Assembly (NCBI GenBank): GCA_016125375.1
Contig: WGLU01000003.1
Coordinates: 36,954 to 100,953, forward strand
Direction of reading: 5' to 3'
Source of the DNA: Pseudomonadota bacterium
Lineage (GTDB): Bacteria > Pseudomonadota > Alphaproteobacteria > UBA1280 > RI-95
DNA length: 64,000 nucleotides
Shown one piece after another: positions 38,477 through 47,533 of the stretch (positions are counted from its first letter, which is position 1; the number at the start of each line of letters is the position of its first letter). The translations under genes were made by a program, and so were the position numbers. The notes below the pieces were generated by a model. The model made no database searches, was not told the DNA's origin, and worked only from the letters and a program-made list of their open reading frames with translations.

Positions 38477-39334
38477 ATGATGAACCAGAATGACATTACG
38501 CATACCGATAACGGCGCCTATTATGACCGCCGCCCGTCGTTTGTTTTTCGCCTTGTTCCGCAGGGTGCCCTGCACACCGGGCTGTGGGAAAGCGGCACCT
38601 GGAATCAGGTACAGGCTGTGCGTAACACCGACCGTCTGGTTGAAACGCTGCTAGACCTCAAAAGTGGTGAAGCTGTTCTGGATGCCGGATGCGGCACGGG
38701 CAGTACGGCTGTTTATCTGGCAGAACGTCATAATGTACACATTACCGGTATTACGCTGGCTGAAAAGCTGGTTGGTGTCTGCCGCATTTTTGCCAATCGT
38801 TCCAAGGCTGCCAAGCGCCTGAAGTTTGCACTGGCCGACTATACTGCGACCGATTTTGCGGATAACTCTTTCGATAAAGTCTATGCGCTGGAAAGCCAGT
38901 CCTACGCGCCGGATAAAACCGCCTTCCTGAAAGAGGCTTTCCGTGTGCTCAAGCCGGGCGGCAAACTGGTCGTTGTGGAGTACTTCAAGCGTTCCGACAA
39001 TCTGGATACAGAAGCCAAATCCGCCTACGACCGTATGGTTGCAGGTCTGCATATGCATAGTTTGGTCACTGCAAAAACCTACCAGAAGCAACTGGCTGAT
39101 GCCGGTTTTGGGACAGTAGAAATGGTCGACAAAACGACCAAGGTGCTGCCATCCGGTTTTTCGTGGACGATGTACGGCCTGTGCACCTTGCCGGTTTTCC
39201 GCCTGGCGGAGCTGATTGGTGTGATTGAGAAAGACGGCATGGTCCGTCAGGCCAGCGGTTGTGCCGCCATGTATCCGGCCTTCCGCCACGCAGTTGATTA
39301 TATGTCGGTAACGGCTGTCAAACCTGCCAAATAA
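38477..39334 (+). CDS. SAM-dependent methyltransferase (sterol/tocopherol/cyclopropane-type)
   Basis: LHTGLW, VLDAGCGTG, ITGITL, SFDKVYALES, FRVLKPGG. Confidence 0.85.
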   Translation: MMNQNDITHTDNGAYYDRRPSFVFRLVPQGALHTGLWESGTWNQVQAVRNTDRLVETLLDLKSGEAVLDAGCGTGSTAVYLAERHNVHITGITLAEKLVGVCRIFANRSKAAKRLKFALADYTATDFADNSFDKVYALESQSYAPDKTAFLKEAFRVLKPGGKLVVVEYFKRSDNLDTEAKSAYDRMVAGLHMHSLVTAKTYQKQLADAGFGTVEMVDKTTKVLPSGFSWTMYGLCTLPVFRLAELIGVIEKDGMVRQASGCAAMYPAFRHAVDYMSVTAVKPAK

Positions 39335-39340
39335 GCAGGG

Positions 39341-39740
39341 CTAGTCAAACGCCTCATCTGTCATCAGGGTCCATGTCGATGTTGATATGGGCCCTGTTGG
39401 CGTTTGGCTGTTGTAGACGTAGTACTCCAGCTTGACCAGAGATCCTGCCACCAGCTTATTGAGTGCGCGGCGGGAATGGGAATAGATGATGGCATCAGGC
39501 GCCGCGCCAATCGACAGACCGCAGGTTTTATCGGCCGCTTTATTGATACCGTCCCGCCAATTGATGTGGAGAATCTCCAGCTGTGCGGGGCGGTTTTTTT
39601 CGCGGTCGTTAATACTGGTCAGGAACTTGATGACGCGTGCTTCTACAAGGCATTGAGTCCACGTTGCGTTGGTGTCCTGCGCGTAGGCGCCGAGCGGTGT
39701 GCAGACGGCAAGCAGGCAGACAAACAGGGGCAGGAAAGGC
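39341..39740 (-). CDS. Probable exported small protein with no standard start codon downstream of tRNA-Gly (gene or pseudogene)
   Basis: Signal-like PFLPLFVCLLAVCTPLGAYA-QD then ~110 aa with two Cys; frame stays open through the tRNA to GTGs at 39811/39817. Confidence 0.5.
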
Positions 39741-39815
39741 TGGAGCGGGTGAAGGGAGTCGAACCCTCCTCTTGAGCTTGGGAAGCTCACATAATAACCA
39801 CTATACGACACCCGC
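39741..39815 (-). tRNA. tRNA-Gly(CCC)
   Basis: GCGGGTGTCGTATAGTGGTTATTATGTGAGCTT-CCC-AAGCTCAAGAGGAGGGTTCGACTCCCTTCACCCGCTCCA. Confidence 0.96.
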
Positions 39816-39824
39816 ACGGCTCCG

Positions 39825-39853
39825 TTTATAACTCAGTTTATATGCCCGCACAA
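39825..39853 (-). promoter_or_regulatory. Promoter of tRNA-Gly
   Basis: TTGTGC-N17-TATAAA on minus strand. Confidence 0.55.
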
Positions 39854-39871
39854 GGGGCGCCTCAGGGTGGA

Positions 39872-41428
39872 TTAGTCTTTCCACTCGTCAAACTTGCCCA
39901 CAAAAGCAGGGTCTTTGAAGTACATGATTTTCTCGGCAATGACGGGGCGCATCCCCTGTACAAAAATCAGCTGGCTGTCGAACGGCATGGTCATGATTTC
40001 GTCCGGCGTCATCAGCGCGCGGGAGGTCTCGGAGAAGTTGGCACTGCTGCCGCTATCCGATAGCCCCGTGCTTTTGACACGGATTGTGGCCTGACCCAAC
40101 ATGTCGGAGAGGACTTTGGCCGTATCCACATCGTTGGTACCGAAAGCGCAGCGGACGGAACAGTTGGCGAGGAAGCTTTCCCACTTGTCTTTGTAGGTGT
40201 TTTTCAGCTGGCTGAGGTCCTGAATGAAAGTCCAGATGGTCACGCCGTAACCTGCCAGATAGCCAAGGCCCATTTCGATGGGCTTCATGTAGCCGAGGGC
40301 GGGAAACTCGTCCACCAGGAACAAGACAGGGCTTGCAGGCTTGCCTTTGGTCTTGGTCATGGCTGCAAGCGACAAGCCCACCATCAGGCGGATGAGGGGC
40401 TGGTACACGTCCAGATATTCCGGCGGAATGATAATGTACAGCGACGTCGGTTCTTTTTTTATGTCGGCCAGCTGAAAGTCGGAACGGCTGGTGATGCCTT
40501 GCAGGCGCGGGCTGTCCCAAACGGCGGTTTTACTGCGTGCTGTGGAAAGAATGCTGGCCATAACTTTGGCTTCGGTTGCCGACAGGGCGGCGCCAAACTT
40601 GCGCACGTGCTCGTTCTTGGACTTGGTCATTTCCTTGATGGTGAAATTGAAGTCGTCCTTGGATTGCATAATCAGGTAGCGGACTTCGCCAAGGTTACGC
40701 AGCACCGGTGGGCGGCTGGTGGCAACGTGCAGAATCAGGCCCGTATAGAGGTTCTTTGCCTCTCGGTCCCAGAAGGGGTCGCTGCCGCCTTCCTCAGGAA
40801 TCAGCATGTCTGCAATCAGGGCCACATCATCCAGTTCGTCCGGTGTGCCGAGGCGAATAAAGTCGATGGGGTTGTAATGGCTGCTGAAGTCGTGGAACGG
40901 GGCAAAGGTAAAAACCTTGTTGAACTTGCGCCGTTCGCGCTGGCTTACAGCGTAGTTCTCGCCCTTGATGTCGTTCACCACGACTGAACCCGGGTGGGTC
41001 AACAGGTTGGGAATAACGTGGCCCACACCTTTACCGGAACGGGTTGGAGCAAAAGTAATGATGTGACCGGGCTTGTTGAAGCGGATGAACTTGCCGTCAA
41101 ACTTGCCGACAATAAAACCGGTCTCACCGGCCATGCCAGCTGTTTTGAGGTCGTTCATCAGAGCGAAGCCGGCACTCCCGTGGGAGGCGGGTTTACGGCC
41201 CAGAATGCGCTGCCAGATACTGAGGTTCTGGAGTTTGCGACTGCGCTTGAGCTGGTCACGGTAGCCTGATTTTTCTTCGGCGAGTTTCCAGGCAATGCCC
41301 AAAGTAACGGCGGCAATGAGAATCAGCCCTTCAAAGGGCAACTTACCGGCGTCGGCAAGGACAAGCGTAATGGCGGCTGCCACGATGTACAGGCCAATAT
41401 GCTTGATGGTGAACAGATTCTTTTTCAT
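39872..41428 (-). CDS. virD4: Type IV secretion coupling protein VirD4/TraG
   Basis: Two N-terminal TMs, APTRSGKGVGHVIPNLL (Walker A), DIKGEN, YNPIDF, FLVDEFPALG (Walker B), QDLSQL, RALMTPDEI. Confidence 0.92.
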   Translation of the reverse strand: MKKNLFTIKHIGLYIVAAAITLVLADAGKLPFEGLILIAAVTLGIAWKLAEEKSGYRDQLKRSRKLQNLSIWQRILGRKPASHGSAGFALMNDLKTAGMAGETGFIVGKFDGKFIRFNKPGHIITFAPTRSGKGVGHVIPNLLTHPGSVVVNDIKGENYAVSQRERRKFNKVFTFAPFHDFSSHYNPIDFIRLGTPDELDDVALIADMLIPEEGGSDPFWDREAKNLYTGLILHVATSRPPVLRNLGEVRYLIMQSKDDFNFTIKEMTKSKNEHVRKFGAALSATEAKVMASILSTARSKTAVWDSPRLQGITSRSDFQLADIKKEPTSLYIIIPPEYLDVYQPLIRLMVGLSLAAMTKTKGKPASPVLFLVDEFPALGYMKPIEMGLGYLAGYGVTIWTFIQDLSQLKNTYKDKWESFLANCSVRCAFGTNDVDTAKVLSDMLGQATIRVKSTGLSDSGSSANFSETSRALMTPDEIMTMPFDSQLIFVQGMRPVIAEKIMYFKDPAFVGKFDEWKD

Positions 41429-41474
41429 AAGCGCTTGTTTTTGTTGTTGGGCTTAGAGCAGAGTAACCTGTTTT

Positions 41475-41966
41475 TCAGCTCGCCTCCAGCGTGTTCTGGA
41501 CGTAAGCCTTCAGGACATCTTTCAGCACCTTGGCGTCACCCTTGGCGCTACGGAAGGCAGCGTCCTCAATAACCTGATGGCAACTGACAGGGTTGCTGGC
41601 ATCAATGTCGAGCATGTCCGTGGTTGGGGCAAACTCTATAATGAAAGTTGCATATTCGCCGATATACAGGCGGTACTCGTTCTTGCGGTAATAGCGGTCT
41701 TTCTCGTTCTTGCGGTTCTCGATGCGGGTCATTTTAGCCTGTGGGGCCAGTTCATCCCCGTGGACGGACATCAAGAGCAATAAATAACGGTCCCGTGCAG
41801 AAATCAGCTCCGGGTCAATTTCGGGCATGAGGCCAAGCTCTTCGTAGGGAAAATCTTCCTGCGAGAGGGCGAACTTTTTCATGTCCATGTGGGTTTTGAC
41901 CGAGTACCCAAGCTGGTCGGCCATCTCCCACTTCTCTTTGAGAGTGAGAACGTGGTTGTCGTACAT
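41475..41966 (-). CDS. Hypothetical protein upstream of virD4
   Basis: ~163 aa ORF with protein-like composition, same strand as virD4; start uncertain. Confidence 0.65.
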   Translation of the reverse strand: MYDNHVLTLKEKWEMADQLGYSVKTHMDMKKFALSQEDFPYEELGLMPEIDPELISARDRYLLLLMSVHGDELAPQAKMTRIENRKNEKDRYYRKNEYRLYIGEYATFIIEFAPTTDMLDIDASNPVSCHQVIEDAAFRSAKGDAKVLKDVLKAYVQNTLEAS

Positions 41967-42006
41967 CTTAAAATTTATTGTTGTTCTATTTAAGTTGTAC
42001 CCTGTT

Positions 42007-42303
42007 TCAGTCAAATGCAGCAACGACTTTCGCCTTTCCCTGGGCTGCCAACTTGGTAAACTGGCGGAAAGGCTCCTGACCTAACAGGTTCATGGCGGCA
42101 CGGCCTGTGCGCTGGCCCATTTGGGCGCTGCGGACTTCAGGATGTTCGCGCATGTCTATGATACGGCCGCGGTCGCGGGCGTCTTCGGCACGGGCATCCG
42201 CCGGTCTTGCTGCGGCACGAGCCTCGTCTGGCTGACGGGCATCTTCGGCACGGGCTTCTTCAAAAGCCTCGTCGCGCGGATCGATAGTGCGTGCGTCTTT
42301 CAT
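42007..42303 (-). CDS. Small low-complexity protein with ARAEDAR repeats
   Basis: ATG 42303 after AGGGGA SD; Ala/Arg/Glu/Asp-rich N-terminal half. Confidence 0.6.
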   Translation of the reverse strand: MKDARTIDPRDEAFEEARAEDARQPDEARAAARPADARAEDARDRGRIIDMREHPEVRSAQMGQRTGRAAMNLLGQEPFRQFTKLAAQGKAKVVAAFD

Positions 42304-42487
42304 ATGTTTCTTTCCCCTGTTTCTCGTTACATAGACTTCTGTAACGAGCAACCAGCCAAAAAACTGACATGTGTCCATATGTTTGGTTGCAAATGGTCAG
42401 TTGTCTGTTTTCGGGCGGTCTTATCCCAAAACTATTAAAAGGATATGTGGCGGGCAGATGGCGCTTTCAAGGGGGATTTGACAGAAT

Positions 42488-42514
42488 AAAAAGCCCCGCC
42501 GGATAGCGGGGCTT
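42488..42514 (-). terminator. Terminator after trxB
   Basis: aagccccgc/gcggggctt stem plus T run on minus strand. Confidence 0.75.
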
Positions 42515-42538
42515 GCAGGTGTCTATTCAAAATGACTG

Positions 42539-43489
42539 TCAGGCGTGTCCCTGTGCTTCCAGCCAGCGGTTTGCATCCAGTGCAGCCATGCAGCCCAAAC
42601 CAGCTGCTGTAACGGCCTGACGGTACACGCTGTCGGCCACGTCACCTGCGGCAAACACACCGTCGATTTTAGTGGTGACCTTACCGGCTGGCACAATCAG
42701 GTAGCCATGGTCGTCCATGTCCAGCATGCCTTTGAACAGGTCAGTGTTGGGTTTGTGGCCGATGGCGATAAAAACACCTGTTACGGTAATGTCGGTCACT
42801 TTGTCGGTTTTAATGTTGCGCACTTTGGCGTGGGTGACACCACCCGGTGCCGCGTCACCGCAGACCTCGTCCACCACACTGTCCCACAGAACGGTGATTT
42901 TTTCGTGTTTGGCGATACGGTCCTGCAAAATCTTCTCTCCGCGGAACTGGTCGCGGCGGTGAACAACAGTCACGCTTTTGCACATGTTGGCCAGATAAAG
43001 AGCCTCTTCCATCGCAGTGTTGCCACCGCCGACAACCAGAACGTCCTGATTGCGGAAGAATGCGCCGTCGCATGTTGCGCAGGCGGAAACCCCACGGCCC
43101 GAGAATGTCTGTTCCGACGGCAACCCCAACCATTTGGCGGAGGCGCCAGTGGCGATAATCAGGGCGTCACAGGTGTAGATCGTGCCGCTGTCGCCGATCA
43201 GTCTGAACGGGCGCTGGTTCAGCTCTGCCTTGCTGATGTGGTCATATTCAATCTGCACACCGCAGTGTTCTGCCTGTTTATGCATTTGTTCCATCAGCCA
43301 GGGGCCCTGTACGCCCTCGGCAAAACCGGGGTAGTTTTCCACGTCGGTGGTAATGGTCAGCTGGCCGCCGGGCTGAATGCCGTGCACCATCATCGGTGCC
43401 AGGCCGGCGCGGGCGGCGTAAATGGCGGCGGTGCATCCGGCGGGGCCGGATCCCAGAACAAGAACTTTGCTGTGTTTTGTTTGGCTCAT
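42539..43489 (-). CDS. trxB: Thioredoxin reductase
   Basis: GSGPAG.TAAIYAAR, GGQLTITTDVENYPG, SACATCDG, GGGNTA.EEA, YRQAVTAAG. Confidence 0.97.
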   Translation of the reverse strand: MSQTKHSKVLVLGSGPAGCTAAIYAARAGLAPMMVHGIQPGGQLTITTDVENYPGFAEGVQGPWLMEQMHKQAEHCGVQIEYDHISKAELNQRPFRLIGDSGTIYTCDALIIATGASAKWLGLPSEQTFSGRGVSACATCDGAFFRNQDVLVVGGGNTAMEEALYLANMCKSVTVVHRRDQFRGEKILQDRIAKHEKITVLWDSVVDEVCGDAAPGGVTHAKVRNIKTDKVTDITVTGVFIAIGHKPNTDLFKGMLDMDDHGYLIVPAGKVTTKIDGVFAAGDVADSVYRQAVTAAGLGCMAALDANRWLEAQGHA

Positions 43490-43564
43490 GGGCGGCATAT
43501 TCCTGCATATTACGAGAAAGGTCAGACAGATAAGGAATATGCCATACGGGTGTTTTTCCGCAAT

Positions 43565-43593
43565 AAAAAATGGTCACCCCCGTGGGGGTGACC
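43565..43593 (-). terminator. Terminator after cell wall hydrolase gene
   Basis: ggtcacccc/ggggtgacc stem plus T6 on minus strand. Confidence 0.75.
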
Positions 43594-43611
43594 TTACGCT
43601 TGTGGGTATAT

Positions 43612-44094
43612 TTATTCGTCGGCGTAGAAGATATGTTCACCGACTTGAGTGACGCGTTCGAGATGACGCTCGAACCACCGTCGTGTTTTCCCACCCACCG
43701 AAGCGGCGTGGTAGTACAGGATATCATCATTGGTCCACACACCCGAACGGGAGATGGAACCACTGATAAGACCCTGTGCAATACGACGGGCCTCACGCCA
43801 GGCATCACCTTGCGGCGCATGATTGCGCACCGCAGTCCAGCTGAACTGGACACCGTGTTTCTTGTCCTTGACAACACCGCACACCGTGCGGGGGAAGTCG
43901 TGGCTGGCAACACGGTTCATGGTCACCCAACCCACAGCAGTCATGCCGTCAACTCCTTCGCCGCGGGCCTCGTAATAGATGTTACGGGCCAGACAGTCGA
44001 TGGAAGATGCGTCGGCAGACGCAGGGGTGAAGCAAGCCAGAACGGCGATGAGAGTAAGCGTGAAAACGCCAAGGATATGACGGACAGATGTCAT
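43612..44094 (-). CDS. SleB-like cell wall hydrolase (Hydrolase_2)
   Basis: Signal peptide; CLARNIYYEARGE, V.MNRV, FPRTVCGVV, QFSW, YYHA, HIFY. Confidence 0.92.
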   Translation of the reverse strand: MTSVRHILGVFTLTLIAVLACFTPASADASSIDCLARNIYYEARGEGVDGMTAVGWVTMNRVASHDFPRTVCGVVKDKKHGVQFSWTAVRNHAPQGDAWREARRIAQGLISGSISRSGVWTNDDILYYHAASVGGKTRRWFERHLERVTQVGEHIFYADE

Positions 44095-44151
44095 ACAGTG
44101 CCTCTTGAGATAAACGGAAAGAAAGATCACCCAATAAGGGTTCACGGTTTT

Positions 44152-44180
44152 TATATGGTTTCAGCCTGCTAGGCAGACAA
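44152..44180 (-). promoter_or_regulatory. Sigma70-type promoter for the cell wall hydrolase gene
   Basis: TTGTCT-N17-CATATA. Confidence 0.5.
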
Positions 44181-44294
44181 CCATTTTTTTACGCGAGAGT
44201 TTATTTTCCCTACGAAAAATAGGTGAATCGCGCTCTGGAGAAGGTGTTATACTGCTCGGCGACTTTAACCAAGTTCAACAAAGAGGACGCTGTC

Positions 44295-44906
44295 ATGACT
44301 TTCATGGTTGGCCATAAATTCCCGGACGTAAAATTGCAAACCGTCATGGGCAACGGCGAGATTAAACAGGTTTCCGTGACCGAACACGCCAAAGGCAAAT
44401 ATGCCGTCGTATTTTTCTACCCGCTGGACTTTACCTTTGTCTGCCCGACCGAGATTCTGGCTTTTGACAAAGCGCATGACGAGTTCAAAAAGCGTGGTGT
44501 CGAGCTGTTTGGCGCATCTGTAGACTCGCAGTTCTCTCACTTCGCCTGGCGCGAAACATCGCTCGAAAAAGGCGGTATCGGCCCGGTAAAATTCCCGCTG
44601 CTGGCTGATCTGGAGCGTAAACTGTCCTCCGAGCTGGGCATCCTGACCGGTGGTGTGACCTTCCGCGCCTCCTACCTGATCGACAAAAAAGGCGTTGTTC
44701 GCCATATGGTTATTAACGACCTGCCGCTGGGCCGTAGTGTGGACGAAATGCTGCGTATGGTTGATGCGCTGCAGTTCCACGAAGAGCATGGCGAAGTTTG
44801 CCCTGCCAACTGGCACAAAGGTGACGAGGCCATCAAGCCGACATCTGCCAGCACAGGCGCATACCTTGCCAAAAAGCACGGCGCTAAAAAGGGCGCTGCC
44901 GCTTAA
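44295..44906 (+). CDS. ahpC: 2-Cys peroxiredoxin (AhpC/Tsa)
   Basis: FFYPLDFTFVCPTE, DLPLGR, GEVCPANW. Confidence 0.95.
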   Translation: MTFMVGHKFPDVKLQTVMGNGEIKQVSVTEHAKGKYAVVFFYPLDFTFVCPTEILAFDKAHDEFKKRGVELFGASVDSQFSHFAWRETSLEKGGIGPVKFPLLADLERKLSSELGILTGGVTFRASYLIDKKGVVRHMVINDLPLGRSVDEMLRMVDALQFHEEHGEVCPANWHKGDEAIKPTSASTGAYLAKKHGAKKGAAA

Positions 44907-44925
44907 GGTAGGTTGCTTCTTAAGG

Positions 44926-44953
44926 AAAACGGGCGCATCGGCGCCCGTTTTTT
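44926..44953. terminator. Bidirectional terminator
   Basis: aaaacgggcgc-atcg-gcgcccgtttttt. Confidence 0.85.
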
Positions 44954-46493
44954 ATGCTTTGGCAAGGGGGAGGGTGATGGTGGCAATGGTGCCGAGCGCA
45001 GGTGTGCTCTCCAGAGTGATTTCGCCGCCCATTTCCTCAATCAGGCGTTTGGTGGTCGGCAGGCCCAGACCGGTGCCCCCTGTTTTGGTGGTGAAGAACG
45101 GTTCAAACAGTCTGTCCATCACATCTGTCGGGATGGGTTTGCCACCGTTCTGGATGCGAATGTGTGCCGTCCGTTCGTCGTAGCTGGCGCTGATAAGGAC
45201 AGACTTGGTACCGCTGTGGGCCTCGCAAGCGTTTTTAACGAGGTTTATGAGGGCCTGAAGCAGTTTGTTCTTATCGGCCATAATTGTGCACGGGGTCTGG
45301 AAGCCTACATAGTCCATTGCAACTTTGCTGTCTTTCCCGAGGGCATCAAAGGTGGGCTGTGCCTGCGCCAGTACGGCTTCGAGGGAGAGGGGGGTGATAT
45401 CTGTAGGCGTCGTTGCAGCAAAGGCCAGGATACCCTTGAGCATACTGTCGAGGCGGGCAACCTCCGCCTGCACCAGTTCCATACGGCGGATGCTTTTGCT
45501 GTCCATATCATCCAGCAGAGGGACGATTTGCTCGATGCCCATTTTGATGGAGGTAAGCGGATTGCGCAGCTCGTGGGCAATGGAGGATGAAAACTCGCCA
45601 ATCGCTGCCAGCCGTTCCTGCTGAACCATGCGTTCCTGCATATCCAGCAGTTTTTTGGTACGTTCCGCCACCATGTCTTCCAGCTTCTCGCGGTGGTCGC
45701 GCAATTTTGTATCCCGGTCACGCAGGTGATGCAGCAGCGTATTGAACAGGCGGGCTACCTGTGCCAGCTCGTTACTGCCGCTGATGGTCATGTTTTGCTC
45801 AAAACTGTCCTGTTGGACAATCTCGCGCATGGTTGTGCTCAGGCGGTTAACCGGGCGCAGCACGAAAATATTCAGCATGATGTAGATCATGACGAGCATC
45901 AGCACACTCAGGAACGAGGCAAAAACATACCCCGAACTTGCCATACCCCGATAAAAAGGCGCCTGCTCAAAAGTCTGATTATTGAAGACGACGATGTGCA
46001 CATCCAGCGGCTGAAAATAGGTGTGTGCGAGTGTAATCCCGTTCTTTGTGGCACTGCCTTGCACAAACGCTGCCTTGTTGCCCATCAGCTCGCTGATATT
46101 AATCAGGCTTGCGGCAGGTTTATCGGAACGGGTATTCAGCAGAATTTTGCCGCTGTCATCCAAAAGGAGCAAGCCCGTCGAGGGTCTGTTGAGCAGTACC
46201 AGCATCTGCTCGGATACATCAAGCGCTACGGCAATTTGCAGACCGTCCTGAGACAGTCCCGGTGTCTCCTCCTGCACACGCTTCAGGCTTTCGCCAACAA
46301 GCGTCCGTGCAAAAAAAGCGTCGTTCTTCAGGGTTTCGACAGACAGGTAGTTGTACAGCTCCCGGGTGGCGTCACGGGTATAGTACATGCCAAGGGCAAT
46401 CACAATCATCACTGCCCCGAACAGCGGCACAGCCGTGCGCAAGAACAGGCTGTTGGGGTGAAAGGCGTGGGTGTTTGTCTTGGCGTTCATCAT
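44952..46493 (-). CDS. Membrane sensor histidine kinase (HAMP-HisKA-HATPase)
   Basis: Two TMs, HAMP, IAHELRNPL, NLVKNA, LFEPFFTTK.GGTGLGL. Confidence 0.93.
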   Translation of the reverse strand: MMNAKTNTHAFHPNSLFLRTAVPLFGAVMIVIALGMYYTRDATRELYNYLSVETLKNDAFFARTLVGESLKRVQEETPGLSQDGLQIAVALDVSEQMLVLLNRPSTGLLLLDDSGKILLNTRSDKPAASLINISELMGNKAAFVQGSATKNGITLAHTYFQPLDVHIVVFNNQTFEQAPFYRGMASSGYVFASFLSVLMLVMIYIMLNIFVLRPVNRLSTTMREIVQQDSFEQNMTISGSNELAQVARLFNTLLHHLRDRDTKLRDHREKLEDMVAERTKKLLDMQERMVQQERLAAIGEFSSSIAHELRNPLTSIKMGIEQIVPLLDDMDSKSIRRMELVQAEVARLDSMLKGILAFAATTPTDITPLSLEAVLAQAQPTFDALGKDSKVAMDYVGFQTPCTIMADKNKLLQALINLVKNACEAHSGTKSVLISASYDERTAHIRIQNGGKPIPTDVMDRLFEPFFTTKTGGTGLGLPTTKRLIEEMGGEITLESTPALGTIATITLPLAKA

Positions 46494-46550
46494 TAGGTAT
46501 GCTTGTTTTTATGCTTCCATCATACGGTGCGTATGCACACAGGTGCAACC

Positions 46551-46922
46551 ATGACGACCAAAGCAAAAGTTTATAAAGACATTATCTGCCTTGAAGTTGC
46601 TTCCCCCGAGGGGGGAAAGTGGTGGTTTCAAACACCATCCCTTTCGTACACGCCGTACCATGTCGACCGCATTCAGCGTCTCGTCTGGGGTAAAATGACC
46701 GGTTCGAGCCGGGAGGTTCTGGCCGTCCCCGTCCAGAAGGGCGCACAGGAGGTTCTGGTTGCCGTCAACCTTCCCCGCAGCGATCTGGCTGCGCTCAAGC
46801 GCCGCAAGCTCATTCCGGCGGGTTACCCCGTACCTGACCGGGAGAATGCGTATACCCCTTGGCCTGACCATGCGCAGGAGCGGCTGAGCGCACAGCAAAA
46901 GGCTGCCAAAAACCTGTACTGA
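46551..46922 (+). CDS. Hypothetical protein
   Basis: 123 aa ORF ending just before a hairpin; AGGTG SD-like. Confidence 0.6.
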   Translation: MTTKAKVYKDIICLEVASPEGGKWWFQTPSLSYTPYHVDRIQRLVWGKMTGSSREVLAVPVQKGAQEVLVAVNLPRSDLAALKRRKLIPAGYPVPDRENAYTPWPDHAQERLSAQQKAAKNLY

Positions 46923-46927
46923 AAAAC

Positions 46928-46955
46928 AAAAAATGCCGGCCCCGAAGGGCCGGCA
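46928..46955. terminator. Terminator between convergent genes
   Basis: tgccggccc-cgaa-gggccggca with A run on left. Confidence 0.75.
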
Positions 46956-46965
46956 AGACGATAAA

Positions 46966-47298
46966 TCAGGTGAGGGCGACAACGCCGAGGGCGGGGAAGT
47001 TCTGCACCTTGGCGACGATGCGGGACTCCGCTTCGACCGCCCGGGCCACGTGTGCGCCTTCCGGGTCGCTGACGCAGAACGCCACCGCCATCATGGTGGT
47101 GGGGCAGTCGTCGGTCGCCTGGTAGGGAGCCGTGTAGCCGAGGAGGTTGTCCAGCAGATGCCGGGGGCCTTCGGCGACGATGACCAGTAACGCCTCGGTG
47201 GTTTCCGTGCGGGCTATTTCCAGCACCTGTCCGGTGAGGGTGGCTGCCCGGGCATCGAGCGTGAAGCGGAACTGGTCGGCGAGGTCGGCGATGTTCAT
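46966..47298 (-). CDS. Hypothetical protein
   Basis: 110 aa, AGGAG SD, strongly GC3-biased codons, own terminator. Confidence 0.65.
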   Translation of the reverse strand: MNIADLADQFRFTLDARAATLTGQVLEIARTETTEALLVIVAEGPRHLLDNLLGYTAPYQATDDCPTTMMAVAFCVSDPEGAHVARAVEAESRIVAKVQNFPALGVVALT

Positions 47299-47352
47299 AA
47301 CGCACGTCTCCTGTTTCTGACGCAGGTTTGGCTAAAAGATAAAAAGCAGGTG

Positions 47353-47381
47353 TTGCCTCACGCAGGTGTGCTGTCTATACT
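47353..47381 (+). promoter_or_regulatory. Sigma70 promoter of ffs
   Basis: TTGCCT-N17-TATACT ending 7 nt before the RNA. Confidence 0.75.
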
Positions 47382-47387
47382 CGGCGC

Positions 47388-47477
47388 GGGTGTAAGGGGC
47401 AGACGGAAAATGCGTAACCCCGCCAGGTCCGGAAGGAAGCAACGGTATCGTAGCCCCCGGGTTGTCCCTTACACTCA
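47388..47477 (+). ncRNA. ffs: Signal recognition particle 4.5S RNA
   Basis: Domain IV ccaggtccGGAAggaagcaacgg; terminal stem gggtgtaaggggcag/ttgtcccttacactc; upstream of dnaX. Confidence 0.93.
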
Positions 47478-47491
47478 TGCGAGCAGAAAGC

Positions 47492-47516
47492 CAGAGCCGC
47501 CCATTGGGCGGCTCTG
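47492..47516. terminator. Hairpin between ffs and the convergent gene
   Basis: cagagccgccc-att-gggcggctctg. Confidence 0.65.
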
Positions 47517-47533
47517 CTGCGTTTGGTGGTTGC

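Noticed and set aside
35436..42500. Genomic island bounded by tRNA-Val/tRNA-Gly
   Set aside because: No duplicated tRNA 3' end or integrase found by eye, and the interval includes hisC
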